This document shows, piece by piece, positions 49,045-58,947 of a stretch of DNA of 64,000 bases. Position 1 is the stretch's first letter. Each line of letters starts with the position of its first letter. The DNA lies in assembly GCA_964632485.1 (NCBI GenBank), contig CAZWDO010000008.1, forward strand, positions 62,001 to 126,000, read 5' to 3'. Source of the stretch: an uncultured bacterium. GTDB taxonomy: Bacteria > JAGOEH01. The position numbers and the translations under genes are program-made. The notes beneath the pieces are model-generated. The model did no database searches and was not told where the DNA came from. It saw only the letters and a program-made list of their open reading frames with translations.

Positions 49045-49221
49045 CTTTTTCCTTTCAAAATCATTATTGTACTATACTTTGCGCTTTTGAATATTTTAAA
49101 AATTGGTTACAGGTTCGATTAATAACTCGTCCGTTGGCTTGTGGGTCTGGTTTGAAATTGGAATTCTTTCGCAATTAAATTTAAAGTTTATTTAACTCGC
49201 AACTAAAGAATAAGCGGTTTC

Positions 49222-49260
49222 CTAACCAAACCTTAATGCAAAATTTACTGAAAGTTAACA
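49222..49260 (+). promoter_or_regulatory. Pho-box-like array of four hexamers at 11-bp periodicity
   Basis: CTAACC (49222), TTAATG (49233), TTTACT (49244), TTAACA (49255); resembles the Bacillus PhoP TT(A/T/C)ACA repeat. Confidence 0.55.
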
Positions 49261-49280
49261 AAAAAAGTAGTAAATGTCAA
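49252..49280 (-). promoter_or_regulatory. sigma70 promoter of the Na/Pi cotransporter
   Basis: Minus strand TTGACA-17 nt-TAACTT with a TG extension. Confidence 0.6.
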
Positions 49281-49388
49281 CTAATATGTTTAAATTCATA
49301 AATTTTTTTTTGGTTGTCTGGTTAGATTTTACTCACTTCTTAAAAATATAGCCAAAAAGGAGTAATGTTCCAATGTTAAAATTTAGGG

Positions 49389-49417
49389 TTGACAAAAGAG
49401 TCATAAATTTTTATAAT
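49389..49417 (+). promoter_or_regulatory. Perfect-consensus sigma70 promoter
   Basis: TTGACA-17 nt-TATAAT. Confidence 0.8.
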
Positions 49418-49487
49418 AAAGATGATAATCGTATGGAATCAAAACTCGATGATTAGGTTTTATCAACCCATAAAAAAGGAGAAAATC

Positions 49488-50417
49488 ATGCAATGTTTGG
49501 TAAAGTTTTGTTTGATCTTTTTTTTATTTACCCGGATGATAATGGGCTGGGAAATAAAGCAGATTGAAGGTCCACTTTCGTTGGATTTACGATTGATGGA
49601 TCCTGAGTTTTCCCCAGACGGCCAATATCTCAGCGCGTCGGGCCCGGGATATGACGGTATTTATATTTATGATTTCCGGTTAAAAAATTGGCATCGGGCC
49701 GTGGACGATGCGGGCGCTGGATATGGGCATCGTTGGTCGGTAGATGCTCATTCGATCATTTACAGGGGCCAGGAGTATATCGGCCACCGTCGTTTTTTTT
49801 ATTTCGGTCTATACGATTTAAACAATCAAAAAAATTATTCGCGCCTTTCGGAAAATCTTCGGGATGTGTCGCCACCAGTATGGTTATCATCCATGGAATT
49901 GGGATTTATCGACCAGGATGATTTGAAAACATTATCATTGCCAGATCGGCCGGGATTAAATAAAACACTGGAAATGCCGGCAAGCTGTCTTGATTACCAT
50001 GGTAAAGGTTTTCTAATTCGTAAAAAGAAGATCGACCGTTGTGTCGTGGCCGAAGAGCGGGTAATTCTTAATCTGCAATTGCCGCCTCAGGAGAAATTTA
50101 TTGTTTGGCAGGAGTTAGGCAAGGGAATGGTAATCAGTCAGCTTGATAGCCAACAGGAAATTTTTTCGGGCAATTACGAAATGCCAGCCTGGTCGCCCGA
50201 CGGTAACTATATCGTCATGGTCAAAACACAGGATGACGGCCATCGATATCTTTCAGGGGAATTGTGTATTTATGATACGCGCAATGCTAAATTAGAAATT
50301 TTATCAAAACTCAATGATTATATTCCGGGAAACCCGGCATGGTCGCCTTCCGGAACCCAAATCGTTTTTGAAGATTTAAATACGCAGCAGATTTATTTGA
50401 TCGATATTCAAAATTAG
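49488..50417 (+). CDS. Exported TolB-like beta-propeller (PD40 repeats)
   Basis: AAGGAG RBS before the ATG at 49488; signal peptide; PEFSPDG, PAWSPDG and PAWSPSG repeats. Confidence 0.8.
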   Translation: MQCLVKFCLIFFLFTRMIMGWEIKQIEGPLSLDLRLMDPEFSPDGQYLSASGPGYDGIYIYDFRLKNWHRAVDDAGAGYGHRWSVDAHSIIYRGQEYIGHRRFFYFGLYDLNNQKNYSRLSENLRDVSPPVWLSSMELGFIDQDDLKTLSLPDRPGLNKTLEMPASCLDYHGKGFLIRKKKIDRCVVAEERVILNLQLPPQEKFIVWQELGKGMVISQLDSQQEIFSGNYEMPAWSPDGNYIVMVKTQDDGHRYLSGELCIYDTRNAKLEILSKLNDYIPGNPAWSPSGTQIVFEDLNTQQIYLIDIQN

Positions 50418-50429
50418 AAAGGCAGCGCT

Positions 50430-52931
50430 ATGCGATTGACAATGGTAATGATCATTTTATTTATTTTAATGTTTGGTAATATGTTAGCGCAGGATTTGAC
50501 AGGTTTTCGTTTTTGCCTGGATCCGGGGCATGACAGCTATCCTCAGGATAAGCCGTTTGAAACTCGTATTAATTTGCGGGTCGCCCGTTTTTTGAAATCC
50601 TATCTTGAAGCCTATGGAGCGGAAGTGATTCTAACCCATAACGATACTATTGGCAGCTTTAGCCTTTCATCCCGGGCGGGGATGGCTAATAGTTTCAATG
50701 CCGATTTTTTTCAATCCCTCCACCATAATGCCTATCTGGGAACGGCTAATTATAGTGTTGTAATATACAGTAAAAATTATTCCGCTTCGCATTTAGCCGA
50801 AAATCAGCGTTTATCGCAAATTGAGTCGACGCTTCTGCAAAAAGCGCTTTATACAACAGCGGCGTACGTATGGAAAGACTATGACGCTCTGGGTTATAAT
50901 CTGGGGGTGCTATCACCACTGACCGTTCCCGGGGTTCTTTCTGAGGCTTCTTTTTGGGATTACAAACCGGAAATTATGCGTCTGGATAATTTACGTTACT
51001 TGCAATTGGAAGCGAAATCCCTGTTTTTCAGTTTTCTCGATTACTACGATATTCCCCGACCCACGAGCAGCACTGTATTCGGTCAATTAAAAGACAGCCA
51101 GGGGAATGGCATCCCATTTACCAGCATCTCTCTGATGAATGGGCAGGATACAATGACTTATCAGACTGATACGGAAAATCTGGATATTACTGATGCGGAT
51201 AACGGCTGGTGGCAATCAGTGGTAGGAACTATCGAGATGGTCAAAAACGGTTTTTTCTTTTTTGAGAATTTCCCGGCTGGCCCCGCAGAGCTGAAAGTCT
51301 CTTCGCCCTATATTTCAGTTCAGACCAGCTCAATTAATGTTGTAGCAGATGATGTTACTGAAAAGAATTTTACAATTAATCAACAGGTTCCGCCGCTGGT
51401 GTCGCTCGTTTGGCCAAGTTCATTGTATTTGGATCGTCTCAGTGTTGAGGATTCAATCGTCCTTAAATTCACCAATGCGATGCATTCTGATACGGAAGGC
51501 GCGATCGAACTATTCCCCAATGCCGGTAATCTTTCGTTTCGCTGGTCATCGCAAAAATATTATTTGACTATTATTGCTGAAAATCTGGAGTATAATACAC
51601 GGTATGAGGTGCGGATCAATGGAGAGATTGCCAGGGACTTGAATATGAAATATCTTGACCAGGATCAGGATGGAATGATGGGAGATACCGTTTCGTTTTA
51701 CTTTCAAACCCGGCCCGATGATCAAACCGCCCCTGAAATCGTGCAGATTTATCCCGCTGTCGATCAGAGCGATGCATCATCACTCTTGCCGGTTATGGTT
51801 CTGTTTGATGAGAAGATTGATACGTTAACGGGAATTCCCTACAACCCGTTTCCATTTTATGTTGTTAATGCTAATGGCGGGAAAACGGTATTGGACCGGC
51901 GAATCTATTCCCGGACATTGAAAAACCGCAGCGCTTTTTTTATTAGCGCCGACAATGCGCTCCAACCCGCTACTCAATACTATATTACTATAAAAGGGGG
52001 ATTCAGGGATCTTTACGGAAATTCAAATTCAGGCGTTTTAAAATATTACTATACCACTCAATCTGTGTCTTACAGCGATCCCATGGTGTTGGATTCATTG
52101 ATGCAGCTCGAATGGAGTATCGTCCCCGGGTTTTCATCGGGATTGGATACTGATCAGATAAATTTAGAATTGAGAGATTCTCTGTATATTCCGGGAGATA
52201 CGATTGGCCGGGCCATGATTTTAACCTATCGCTGGGATGAATTAGCCGCTGGCCGGGCCAGCTATTGGCGGTCAACCCCTCCAGATGAGGGTTTCGTCTT
52301 GGATTATGATTTATTATGGCCAATTATGGCTGATAGCAGTTCCGACCGGTTGCGGTTCATTTTAGCCCCGATCTCTAATATTTCTGATTCCAGTCAATAT
52401 ATCCACAGTGACTGGACAACTCTTGATTTTTGGGGATGGCGTACGATTCGCTGGGATTTACAGCAACTCATGATACTACCGGAACTGCGTAAGAATCGTG
52501 AGGAGCTTTATACCTTATGGGGGTGGGAAGTCGAATCACAAGCTCAAAGCTCCACTTCAACTTCCTCTCTTATATTAAAAGAACCCAAATTAGCGCGCCG
52601 AGTGATGGTGGATGTAGGGGAGTATGGAACGGACGCATCAGTAATGAATAAGGAGCTTGAATGTTTGCTCTACCCGAATCCTTTCAATAATCGGATTTCG
52701 CTTCGTGGGGTATTTGCGGGCGCTAAAGCTAATGAGATAATTACAATTGAAATATTTGATATGTTGGGCCGAAAATTAGTACAAACTTCTCTTCAAATTG
52801 GTCAACCTCAATTTAAATGGATATGGGATGGCCGGGACCGGACCGGTAATATGGCATCCTCGGGAATCTATCTGGTGCGGGTATCTGCCGGATCGGTTCG
52901 CCATATCCAACGGATTTTGATGATGCAATAA
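50430..52931 (+). CDS. Secreted N-acetylmuramoyl-L-alanine amidase (Amidase_3) with Ig-like domains and a T9SS/FlgD-type C-terminal sorting domain
   Basis: CLDPGH...E...SLHHNA...LSE Zn-amidase motifs; two Big_5-like repeats; YPNPFN...IFDMLGR...WDGRD...SGIYLVR. Confidence 0.82.
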   Translation: MRLTMVMIILFILMFGNMLAQDLTGFRFCLDPGHDSYPQDKPFETRINLRVARFLKSYLEAYGAEVILTHNDTIGSFSLSSRAGMANSFNADFFQSLHHNAYLGTANYSVVIYSKNYSASHLAENQRLSQIESTLLQKALYTTAAYVWKDYDALGYNLGVLSPLTVPGVLSEASFWDYKPEIMRLDNLRYLQLEAKSLFFSFLDYYDIPRPTSSTVFGQLKDSQGNGIPFTSISLMNGQDTMTYQTDTENLDITDADNGWWQSVVGTIEMVKNGFFFFENFPAGPAELKVSSPYISVQTSSINVVADDVTEKNFTINQQVPPLVSLVWPSSLYLDRLSVEDSIVLKFTNAMHSDTEGAIELFPNAGNLSFRWSSQKYYLTIIAENLEYNTRYEVRINGEIARDLNMKYLDQDQDGMMGDTVSFYFQTRPDDQTAPEIVQIYPAVDQSDASSLLPVMVLFDEKIDTLTGIPYNPFPFYVVNANGGKTVLDRRIYSRTLKNRSAFFISADNALQPATQYYITIKGGFRDLYGNSNSGVLKYYYTTQSVSYSDPMVLDSLMQLEWSIVPGFSSGLDTDQINLELRDSLYIPGDTIGRAMILTYRWDELAAGRASYWRSTPPDEGFVLDYDLLWPIMADSSSDRLRFILAPISNISDSSQYIHSDWTTLDFWGWRTIRWDLQQLMILPELRKNREELYTLWGWEVESQAQSSTSTSSLILKEPKLARRVMVDVGEYGTDASVMNKELECLLYPNPFNNRISLRGVFAGAKANEIITIEIFDMLGRKLVQTSLQIGQPQFKWIWDGRDRTGNMASSGIYLVRVSAGSVRHIQRILMMQ

Positions 52932-52932
52932 A

Positions 52933-52968
52933 AAAAAAGCGCCCGTTCCTTGGAACGGGCGCTTTTTT
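52933..52968. terminator. Bidirectional Rho-independent terminator between convergent genes
   Basis: AAAAAAGCGCCCGTTCC-TT-GGAACGGGCGCTTTTTT. Confidence 0.92.
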
Positions 52969-52989
52969 ATTTGTTGTTTAAAAACGGGA

Positions 52990-54000
52990 TTATTCCTGAG
53001 GCGCGCTCGGCGTCGTGAAATCCTCTACTTTAATAATACTTTTTTGTTTTTCCAGCCAATTCATAACATATTGATCTTTAAAATGATTGATAATACTCAT
53101 TTTGACTGAATCGAAAGGCATCACTCCAGCTTCTGCTTTTTCATCTATCCGGATAATATGGTAGCCGAAACTGGTTTCGACGACATTGCTCGTCTGGCCA
53201 GGGTTGAGGGCAAAAGCGGCTTGTTCGAATTGGGGAGCCATTTCCCCTTTGGAGAAGAAACCCAAGTCGCCTCCATTGTTTTTAGAGGGACAATCGGAAT
53301 GTTCTTTTGCCAGAGTTCCAAATTCGGCGCCGGATTTTAAACGTTTCAACAGGTTTTCCGCTTGTTTGCGTTTTTTATCTCGCGTAGTTTGATTATCGCT
53401 TTCTTCTGTTTTAATCAAAATGTGACGGGCATGGACTTTGCCGGGACTCGTATATTCTTCTTGATGTTCTGTATAATATGTACGCAGACTGTCTTCAGGC
53501 AGACTATCCACTTCGTTTGTAATTCGGTTGAGAATCGCTTGGACAAGGAGCGTCTCCTTTACGTCAGCGACATATTCATCAAAGGTCGCTCCAAATTCCT
53601 TTAGTCGGGCGAAAAAAGTCTGACTGTCGGGGAATTGGCTGATCGTATGATTGATATTTAAATTTAAAACAGAGTCGCTGACGGTATTGAAATCTTCCTG
53701 AGTTGCGCTTTGGAATAAAAGCTCTTTATTGATTTCCTGTTCCTTGGTCATGGAAAAAAGTTGTTGGCGGATGATTTCCCGCAGGGAATCTGATACAGGC
53801 GGTTGCTGAGTTTGATCGATATACCGATCGATCAGAACATATAAGTCTTCCTTGTACATATATTTGTTACCCACTTTGGCGACTTTTTCCTTTGTGGTAT
53901 CTTCTATCATCGTATTGTCGGCCGGATTCTCAGCTCCTTTCTTACAAGCTGATAAAATTAGAGAAATTGCCAACAAAGAAATTAAAATGAAACGTAGCAT
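52990..54000 (-). CDS. Parvulin-type peptidyl-prolyl isomerase lipoprotein (PrsA/SurA-like)
   Basis: Lipobox LSAC; VHARHILIK, LAKEHSDCPS, GGDLGFF, FEQAAF, FGYHII. Confidence 0.9.
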   Translation of the reverse strand: MLRFILISLLAISLILSACKKGAENPADNTMIEDTTKEKVAKVGNKYMYKEDLYVLIDRYIDQTQQPPVSDSLREIIRQQLFSMTKEQEINKELLFQSATQEDFNTVSDSVLNLNINHTISQFPDSQTFFARLKEFGATFDEYVADVKETLLVQAILNRITNEVDSLPEDSLRTYYTEHQEEYTSPGKVHARHILIKTEESDNQTTRDKKRKQAENLLKRLKSGAEFGTLAKEHSDCPSKNNGGDLGFFSKGEMAPQFEQAAFALNPGQTSNVVETSFGYHIIRIDEKAEAGVMPFDSVKMSIINHFKDQYVMNWLEKQKSIIKVEDFTTPSAPQE

Positions 54001-55256
54001 TAGAAGTTTCCTTTCGCATTGATTAAAATTTGGTAAACGGCACGAAAAACATCCTCTTCAATCGCATTGAATACGCGTTCGCCTTTTAGGTCCCGTTGCA
54101 GTCCATTGGTCATGAATATAATTCCAAAGCGGTGATTGTCCAAATCTGCGTACATATCACTATGCAGGCCATAAGCCGAGCCTGAATGTCCGATGAGGGG
54201 AACACCGGGTATCAGATCTTCCGTAATATGCAAACCGAGCGCTTTGGCTTTATATAGTCCTTCATGGCTTTCGCCAGACCAGTTTTTCGCCATCATTTGG
54301 CTAATGGTTTCGGTTTTAAAGGGCGAGAATGACTCAACATGGTCGGTGTCAAGAAAAAGCTGCAAAAATCTAGCCATATCCAGGATATGGCAGCGTAACC
54401 CACCCTGGGGACTAAAAATTAAACCGTTGGTACCGAGTTCATAATGGCTTAAATCGGCAAGTTGCGGTTCATTCCCATTATAATCGTCTTTTTGTGGAAC
54501 CCATTGGCCGTCAATATACCGGTAAATTGTAGCCAGATGATTCAAATCCGCTATATCCTGTATATTGAAACTGGCTTGCATCCCCAGGGGTTTTAAAATC
54601 TGATTGACCATGTACTGATCAAAACGCTGATGGCTGACTTTTTCTATGATGGTTCCCAATATGCCAAACGCTAAGTTGCAATATTCAAAAGTCGTTCCGG
54701 GTTCAGCCTCTTGCCAGCAATCGCCGTCATTATAGTACGAACCGTCTGGAAGTATATAACTCGTTATGGGGTAGATAGAATCACTGTATGAAAGCATGAG
54801 AAATTTTTCATAATTCGGGCCGTCGCTGAGACTGGAAGTATGGGTCAATAATTGACGGATTGTAAGGGGTGTCTCGGGGAAAGATGGGTTGCGCAGGGAA
54901 TAACCAAGGTACAGATTAATGTCCTGATCCAAATCAAGTAATCCCTTCTGCAGAAGCAACATAATTCCTGATGCAACAAATGATTTAGAAATAGAGGCAA
55001 TGCGGAAAAAAGTCGTATCGGTAACAGGAGTCGATTTTTCGGTGTTAGAGATTCCGTAATTGTACGAGTAACGGATCGAATCAGGAGTAACAACCAGCAC
55101 ATTCATTCCCAGTACGCCGTATTGTTGCGCAATCGTGGCTAATGAATCGTTTAAAGCAGCGGTAGATGATAATGAGATGGAATCGGAAAGTGGCAGCGCC
55201 ATACGCGTAACTCCTGCTAATATAATTATGAGGAAAGGAAGGAAAACTTTTTTCAA
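54000..55256 (-). CDS. Exported serine hydrolase, beta-lactamase family
   Basis: Signal peptide; RIASISK (SxxK), LLTHTSS, YCN, GHSGSAYG. Confidence 0.85.
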   Translation of the reverse strand: MKKVFLPFLIIILAGVTRMALPLSDSISLSSTAALNDSLATIAQQYGVLGMNVLVVTPDSIRYSYNYGISNTEKSTPVTDTTFFRIASISKSFVASGIMLLLQKGLLDLDQDINLYLGYSLRNPSFPETPLTIRQLLTHTSSLSDGPNYEKFLMLSYSDSIYPITSYILPDGSYYNDGDCWQEAEPGTTFEYCNLAFGILGTIIEKVSHQRFDQYMVNQILKPLGMQASFNIQDIADLNHLATIYRYIDGQWVPQKDDYNGNEPQLADLSHYELGTNGLIFSPQGGLRCHILDMARFLQLFLDTDHVESFSPFKTETISQMMAKNWSGESHEGLYKAKALGLHITEDLIPGVPLIGHSGSAYGLHSDMYADLDNHRFGIIFMTNGLQRDLKGERVFNAIEEDVFRAVYQILINAKGNF

Positions 55257-55466
55257 ATGGCATCCTTAGTTAGTTTTCATTTTATCTTTGGAGCAAACGG
55301 GAAATCTTGAGTACAGGCGCGCGAAATTCGACATCAAGTAGGCAGTTTACAATTCTGAGAGGCTTCGCCTAGTTGCGCGCAATCATTTAAAAGAGTAAGA
55401 TAATATAGGTTTTTTTAGCCTTTTGGCAAGAGTTTTTTTCAAAATTTTCGGCATTAAACTCAGTTT

Positions 55467-58400
55467 TCAATTCGAGATTAATAAATTAGATGAATGTATA
55501 TAACGCTGGGAGCATGTTATCAAATCATCGGGTTCGATTTGATAATAGAAGATACCGTTCTCTTTATCCTTTTCGATGCCGCGTAAAAACAGGTAATAGA
55601 TCCCGCCCAGGTGGCGATGGGGTTGATAATCGGCCAGGGTATGTGATAAGTGCTGATGAAGCGCCAGGGTATAGAGATAACCCTGCAGGTAGTATCCTGA
55701 GCGGTCCATAGCGGCATGAAGCTTGTCAGGAGTATAGTTTCCCGTCTGGGTTCCCAGATTGTTGGTTTTCCAGTCGAGTACAAAATAGCGGCCCTGCCAT
55801 TCAAAAACCAGGTCGATATAACCCTGGATAAATCCGGTCAGCGAATCGACCGTGATTTCCCCAATAGGGAATTTCAAAAGAGTATTCAACGCCCGCGAGT
55901 CGAAATCGGCGATGGGAAAACAGAACTGGAGTTCCTTAAGTGTTTGGGCATCATCTAACTGATTGAGAGTCAGCTTGCCCCGGGAATGGCGCAGAGGAAC
56001 GGAGAGGGTGGTTTCAACTAATTTTACCAGGATATCGGAAAGAGTATCCAATGGCAACTGCGGTGACAGTGGATACTGATAATATAAAGAAGGAATCAGT
56101 CGCCGCGGCTCCGGCCGGCTGAAGTTGAGCTGTTCGAAGAGGGCATGGACCAGATTCCCGGTTTGAGCGCCGCCGGGCAGGGTATTCAGGGGAAAAGCGG
56201 ATTCATCGGTCGGGAGAGTTGTTTCCGGTGGATTTTCTGTAAGAGTCTCTTCTGTTTCCCAATCCGTAAAATCCGGTCGCGTTTCGTGGAGGCGCTGGGT
56301 CATGCCTGAAAAACTGGACATGCGCCAAGCGGGGGCCAGTGAAGCTGCGAAGGCCAGCTCGGGCTTGAAGCTGATATTCTCACATTTAGCAGATTGGGCT
56401 TCCGTGGCCGGAGTCCATCCCGTAAAAGTCAGGGTTTGCCAGGCAATAGAGGCGTGTTCGCTTAGTTTTTGCTGTCGATTGTGAAAAAAGTAATGAGTGG
56501 AAAACGATTCCACTTTGCCATTGCGGGGAGTATAGCCTTCAGGCCAATCTATATAACAGCGGTAGCGGGCGCGGGTTACCGCGACATAAAAAAGGCGTAA
56601 GAGTTCCGGATCAGGCGTCGCGGATTCCTTGTTATCTTTATTTTTTTTCAATTGGAGGTCCACAGAAGGATTAAAATTGATGCGTGTGGAATATTCGGAA
56701 AGCTCAGTGGCTGCTTTATCACTATTTGGAACATTCCAGAGGAAGGGACAGAATACGATGTTATATTGCAGTCCTTTAGCTTTATGAATTGTGATGATCT
56801 GAATGGCATTGCCATCCTTTTCAAGGCGTAACTCCGTTTCCACACTTCCGCTTTCCGCTTCGATCAGGGATTGCATTTCCTGGATGATATAGCCGGGATC
56901 GTTGGTCTTATGATAATCAATCGTGTTTAGATAATCGATCAAGTGATTGAAATTGGTGATCTTACGATCACCGTCGGGATAGCCCCACAATCGTTGGTCT
57001 AATTTAGTATCTTCGCGGAACGTCTGGAACATGCGCAGTAAACCGTATTTAAGCCATAGCTGATGGTAGCGGCTGAATTTCTGCAGCAAATCAAAGGTAA
57101 TCTGGTTCTCACTGTGAATCTCCGCGGGTCTATATCCTAACAGATGGGTCAGGCATACAGCCTTGACGGTAGGTTGGAAATGGGGATTGTGGACCGCTTT
57201 GAGAAAGAGGAGTAGCTCCCAGGCTTCCAGCGAGTTGAAGACTGAATCCCGTTGGAGAGTGGCGACGGGTATTCCGAGTTGGTTGATGGCTTGTTTCATT
57301 AAAGAGGCTTGAAAATGATTATTGACCAGAATGGCAATATCCTGGGGCTGGATGGGCTTGCCGTCTAAAGTGATGCCAGGTTTCCCGGGTAGGCGCCACA
57401 AAATGCGGCTGATTTCAGAAAGCAGTGAGCGGGTGATGATGGAATTAGTATTGGATTTATTATTAAATATAGTATTCCCTTCATGGTGGCGAATCACCAG
57501 CGGCGCTGCTATTTCCGGATCGAGCATGAGTTTCAGTTCGTTATGGGGAGGGCTTGATAAGGTGTGGTACTGAATGTCAATATCCCCAAATGGATTGGGA
57601 TGATCGCTGAAAAGCGCATTGAGGGCCTGGACCAGTTCGGGAGTGGATCGCCAGTTGGTTTCCAGGAACCGGCAGTCATGACTTTCGTCGCGAGCCTTGA
57701 GATAAACGCTCAGGTCGGCGCCGCGAAAGCGGTAGATTGATTGTTTGGGATCGCCGATGAGAAATAAGCTGTGTCCTTCATGCGCGAAAATGGTGTGAAA
57801 GATGGTGTATTGAGTGATATCGGTATCCTGGAATTCGTCGATGAGGGCTGCCCGGTAGGAGTGACGCAAGCTATCGGTTAATATACCGCCGCGCGCGCTG
57901 TCGGTCAGAGCGTCGGCCACAAGTGTCAGCAGATCCTTGAATGATTGCTGGTTTAAGCTGCGTTTACGGCGTTCAAGGCATTGCTGAATATCCTGGAAAA
58001 AAAACGCCTTAAAGATGGGGAGCGATAACTGCAGTTCGTCGATAAAGGTTTTAGCCAGTTTAATGAATTCGATAATTTCCGGGTGTTGGTTGATGTTTTT
58101 ATTGAAAACTTTTTTGGTTATTTCGGTAAGACAGATCATGTATCCGTAATCAGTTTGGAAGGCATTTTCCAGGCTATTAATATAAAAAAGCGGATTTTTT
58201 TTGAAATCGCGATCATTTATAATATTGTCAAGGTTAAGCATAAATTCACGGATTGCATCTCTATGTTCCCGCCAGAATTGACGTAACTCCCGCCATCGGT
58301 TTTCCAATGCGGTGATCGGGATTTCGCTATCGGGTTCAATGGACTGGATGGGGTATTCCAGTAAGGGGGATAATTTTTTTATTAAGCTATTGAGAGTTAT

Positions 58401-58946
58401 CTTGGATTCGCTGAGAAAATCCTGGTAGAAGCGGGGCATGGGGTACACAATGCGCCGCCATGAATCCTGGAAGGCTTCCAAGCGCAGGGAGGTTTCATTG
58501 GGGAGCAGTTCGGCATTGAAGGTGACCCCGGCTTCGAAGGCGTTCTCCTGTAAAACGGAGCGACAAAATCCGTGAATCGTGTAAACCGAGCTTTCATCGA
58601 AAGAGGTGAGGGCCGATTGCAGGTGGCGCCGGCATTTTTCCGCACTTTCTGAATCAATAACCCAGGGACGGATTACGGAATCTTGCGGCAATGTCTCAGC
58701 CGGATTTCCTGAATCGAAGTGATGAATATGATCCTGCAGGGTTTGCCGTATGCGTTCTCTCAATTCTCCCGTAGCCGCCTGGGTGAAGGTTACCACCAGG
58801 ATTTGCGGGGGTGTGAGCGATCGCTCGAGTAGCAGGCGCAGATAGAGCTGAGTGATGGCATGAGTTTTACCAGTGCCGGCGCCGGCTTCCAGCAAATGGA
58901 CGCCATTGAGAGGAATGGACTGAGCATTGAATACTTGATGGTTCAT
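55467..58946 (-). CDS. recB: Exodeoxyribonuclease V beta subunit
   Basis: EAGAGTGKT, DEFQDTD, GDPKQSIYRFRGAD, TIHKAKGL, YVAVTRA; nuclease motif GYIDL...DWKTN. Confidence 0.93.
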   Translation of the reverse strand: MNHQVFNAQSIPLNGVHLLEAGAGTGKTHAITQLYLRLLLERSLTPPQILVVTFTQAATGELRERIRQTLQDHIHHFDSGNPAETLPQDSVIRPWVIDSESAEKCRRHLQSALTSFDESSVYTIHGFCRSVLQENAFEAGVTFNAELLPNETSLRLEAFQDSWRRIVYPMPRFYQDFLSESKITLNSLIKKLSPLLEYPIQSIEPDSEIPITALENRWRELRQFWREHRDAIREFMLNLDNIINDRDFKKNPLFYINSLENAFQTDYGYMICLTEITKKVFNKNINQHPEIIEFIKLAKTFIDELQLSLPIFKAFFFQDIQQCLERRKRSLNQQSFKDLLTLVADALTDSARGGILTDSLRHSYRAALIDEFQDTDITQYTIFHTIFAHEGHSLFLIGDPKQSIYRFRGADLSVYLKARDESHDCRFLETNWRSTPELVQALNALFSDHPNPFGDIDIQYHTLSSPPHNELKLMLDPEIAAPLVIRHHEGNTIFNNKSNTNSIITRSLLSEISRILWRLPGKPGITLDGKPIQPQDIAILVNNHFQASLMKQAINQLGIPVATLQRDSVFNSLEAWELLLFLKAVHNPHFQPTVKAVCLTHLLGYRPAEIHSENQITFDLLQKFSRYHQLWLKYGLLRMFQTFREDTKLDQRLWGYPDGDRKITNFNHLIDYLNTIDYHKTNDPGYIIQEMQSLIEAESGSVETELRLEKDGNAIQIITIHKAKGLQYNIVFCPFLWNVPNSDKAATELSEYSTRINFNPSVDLQLKKNKDNKESATPDPELLRLFYVAVTRARYRCYIDWPEGYTPRNGKVESFSTHYFFHNRQQKLSEHASIAWQTLTFTGWTPATEAQSAKCENISFKPELAFAASLAPAWRMSSFSGMTQRLHETRPDFTDWETEETLTENPPETTLPTDESAFPLNTLPGGAQTGNLVHALFEQLNFSRPEPRRLIPSLYYQYPLSPQLPLDTLSDILVKLVETTLSVPLRHSRGKLTLNQLDDAQTLKELQFCFPIADFDSRALNTLLKFPIGEITVDSLTGFIQGYIDLVFEWQGRYFVLDWKTNNLGTQTGNYTPDKLHAAMDRSGYYLQGYLYTLALHQHLSHTLADYQPHRHLGGIYYLFLRGIEKDKENGIFYYQIEPDDLITCSQRYIHSSNLLISN

Positions 58947-58947
58947 T

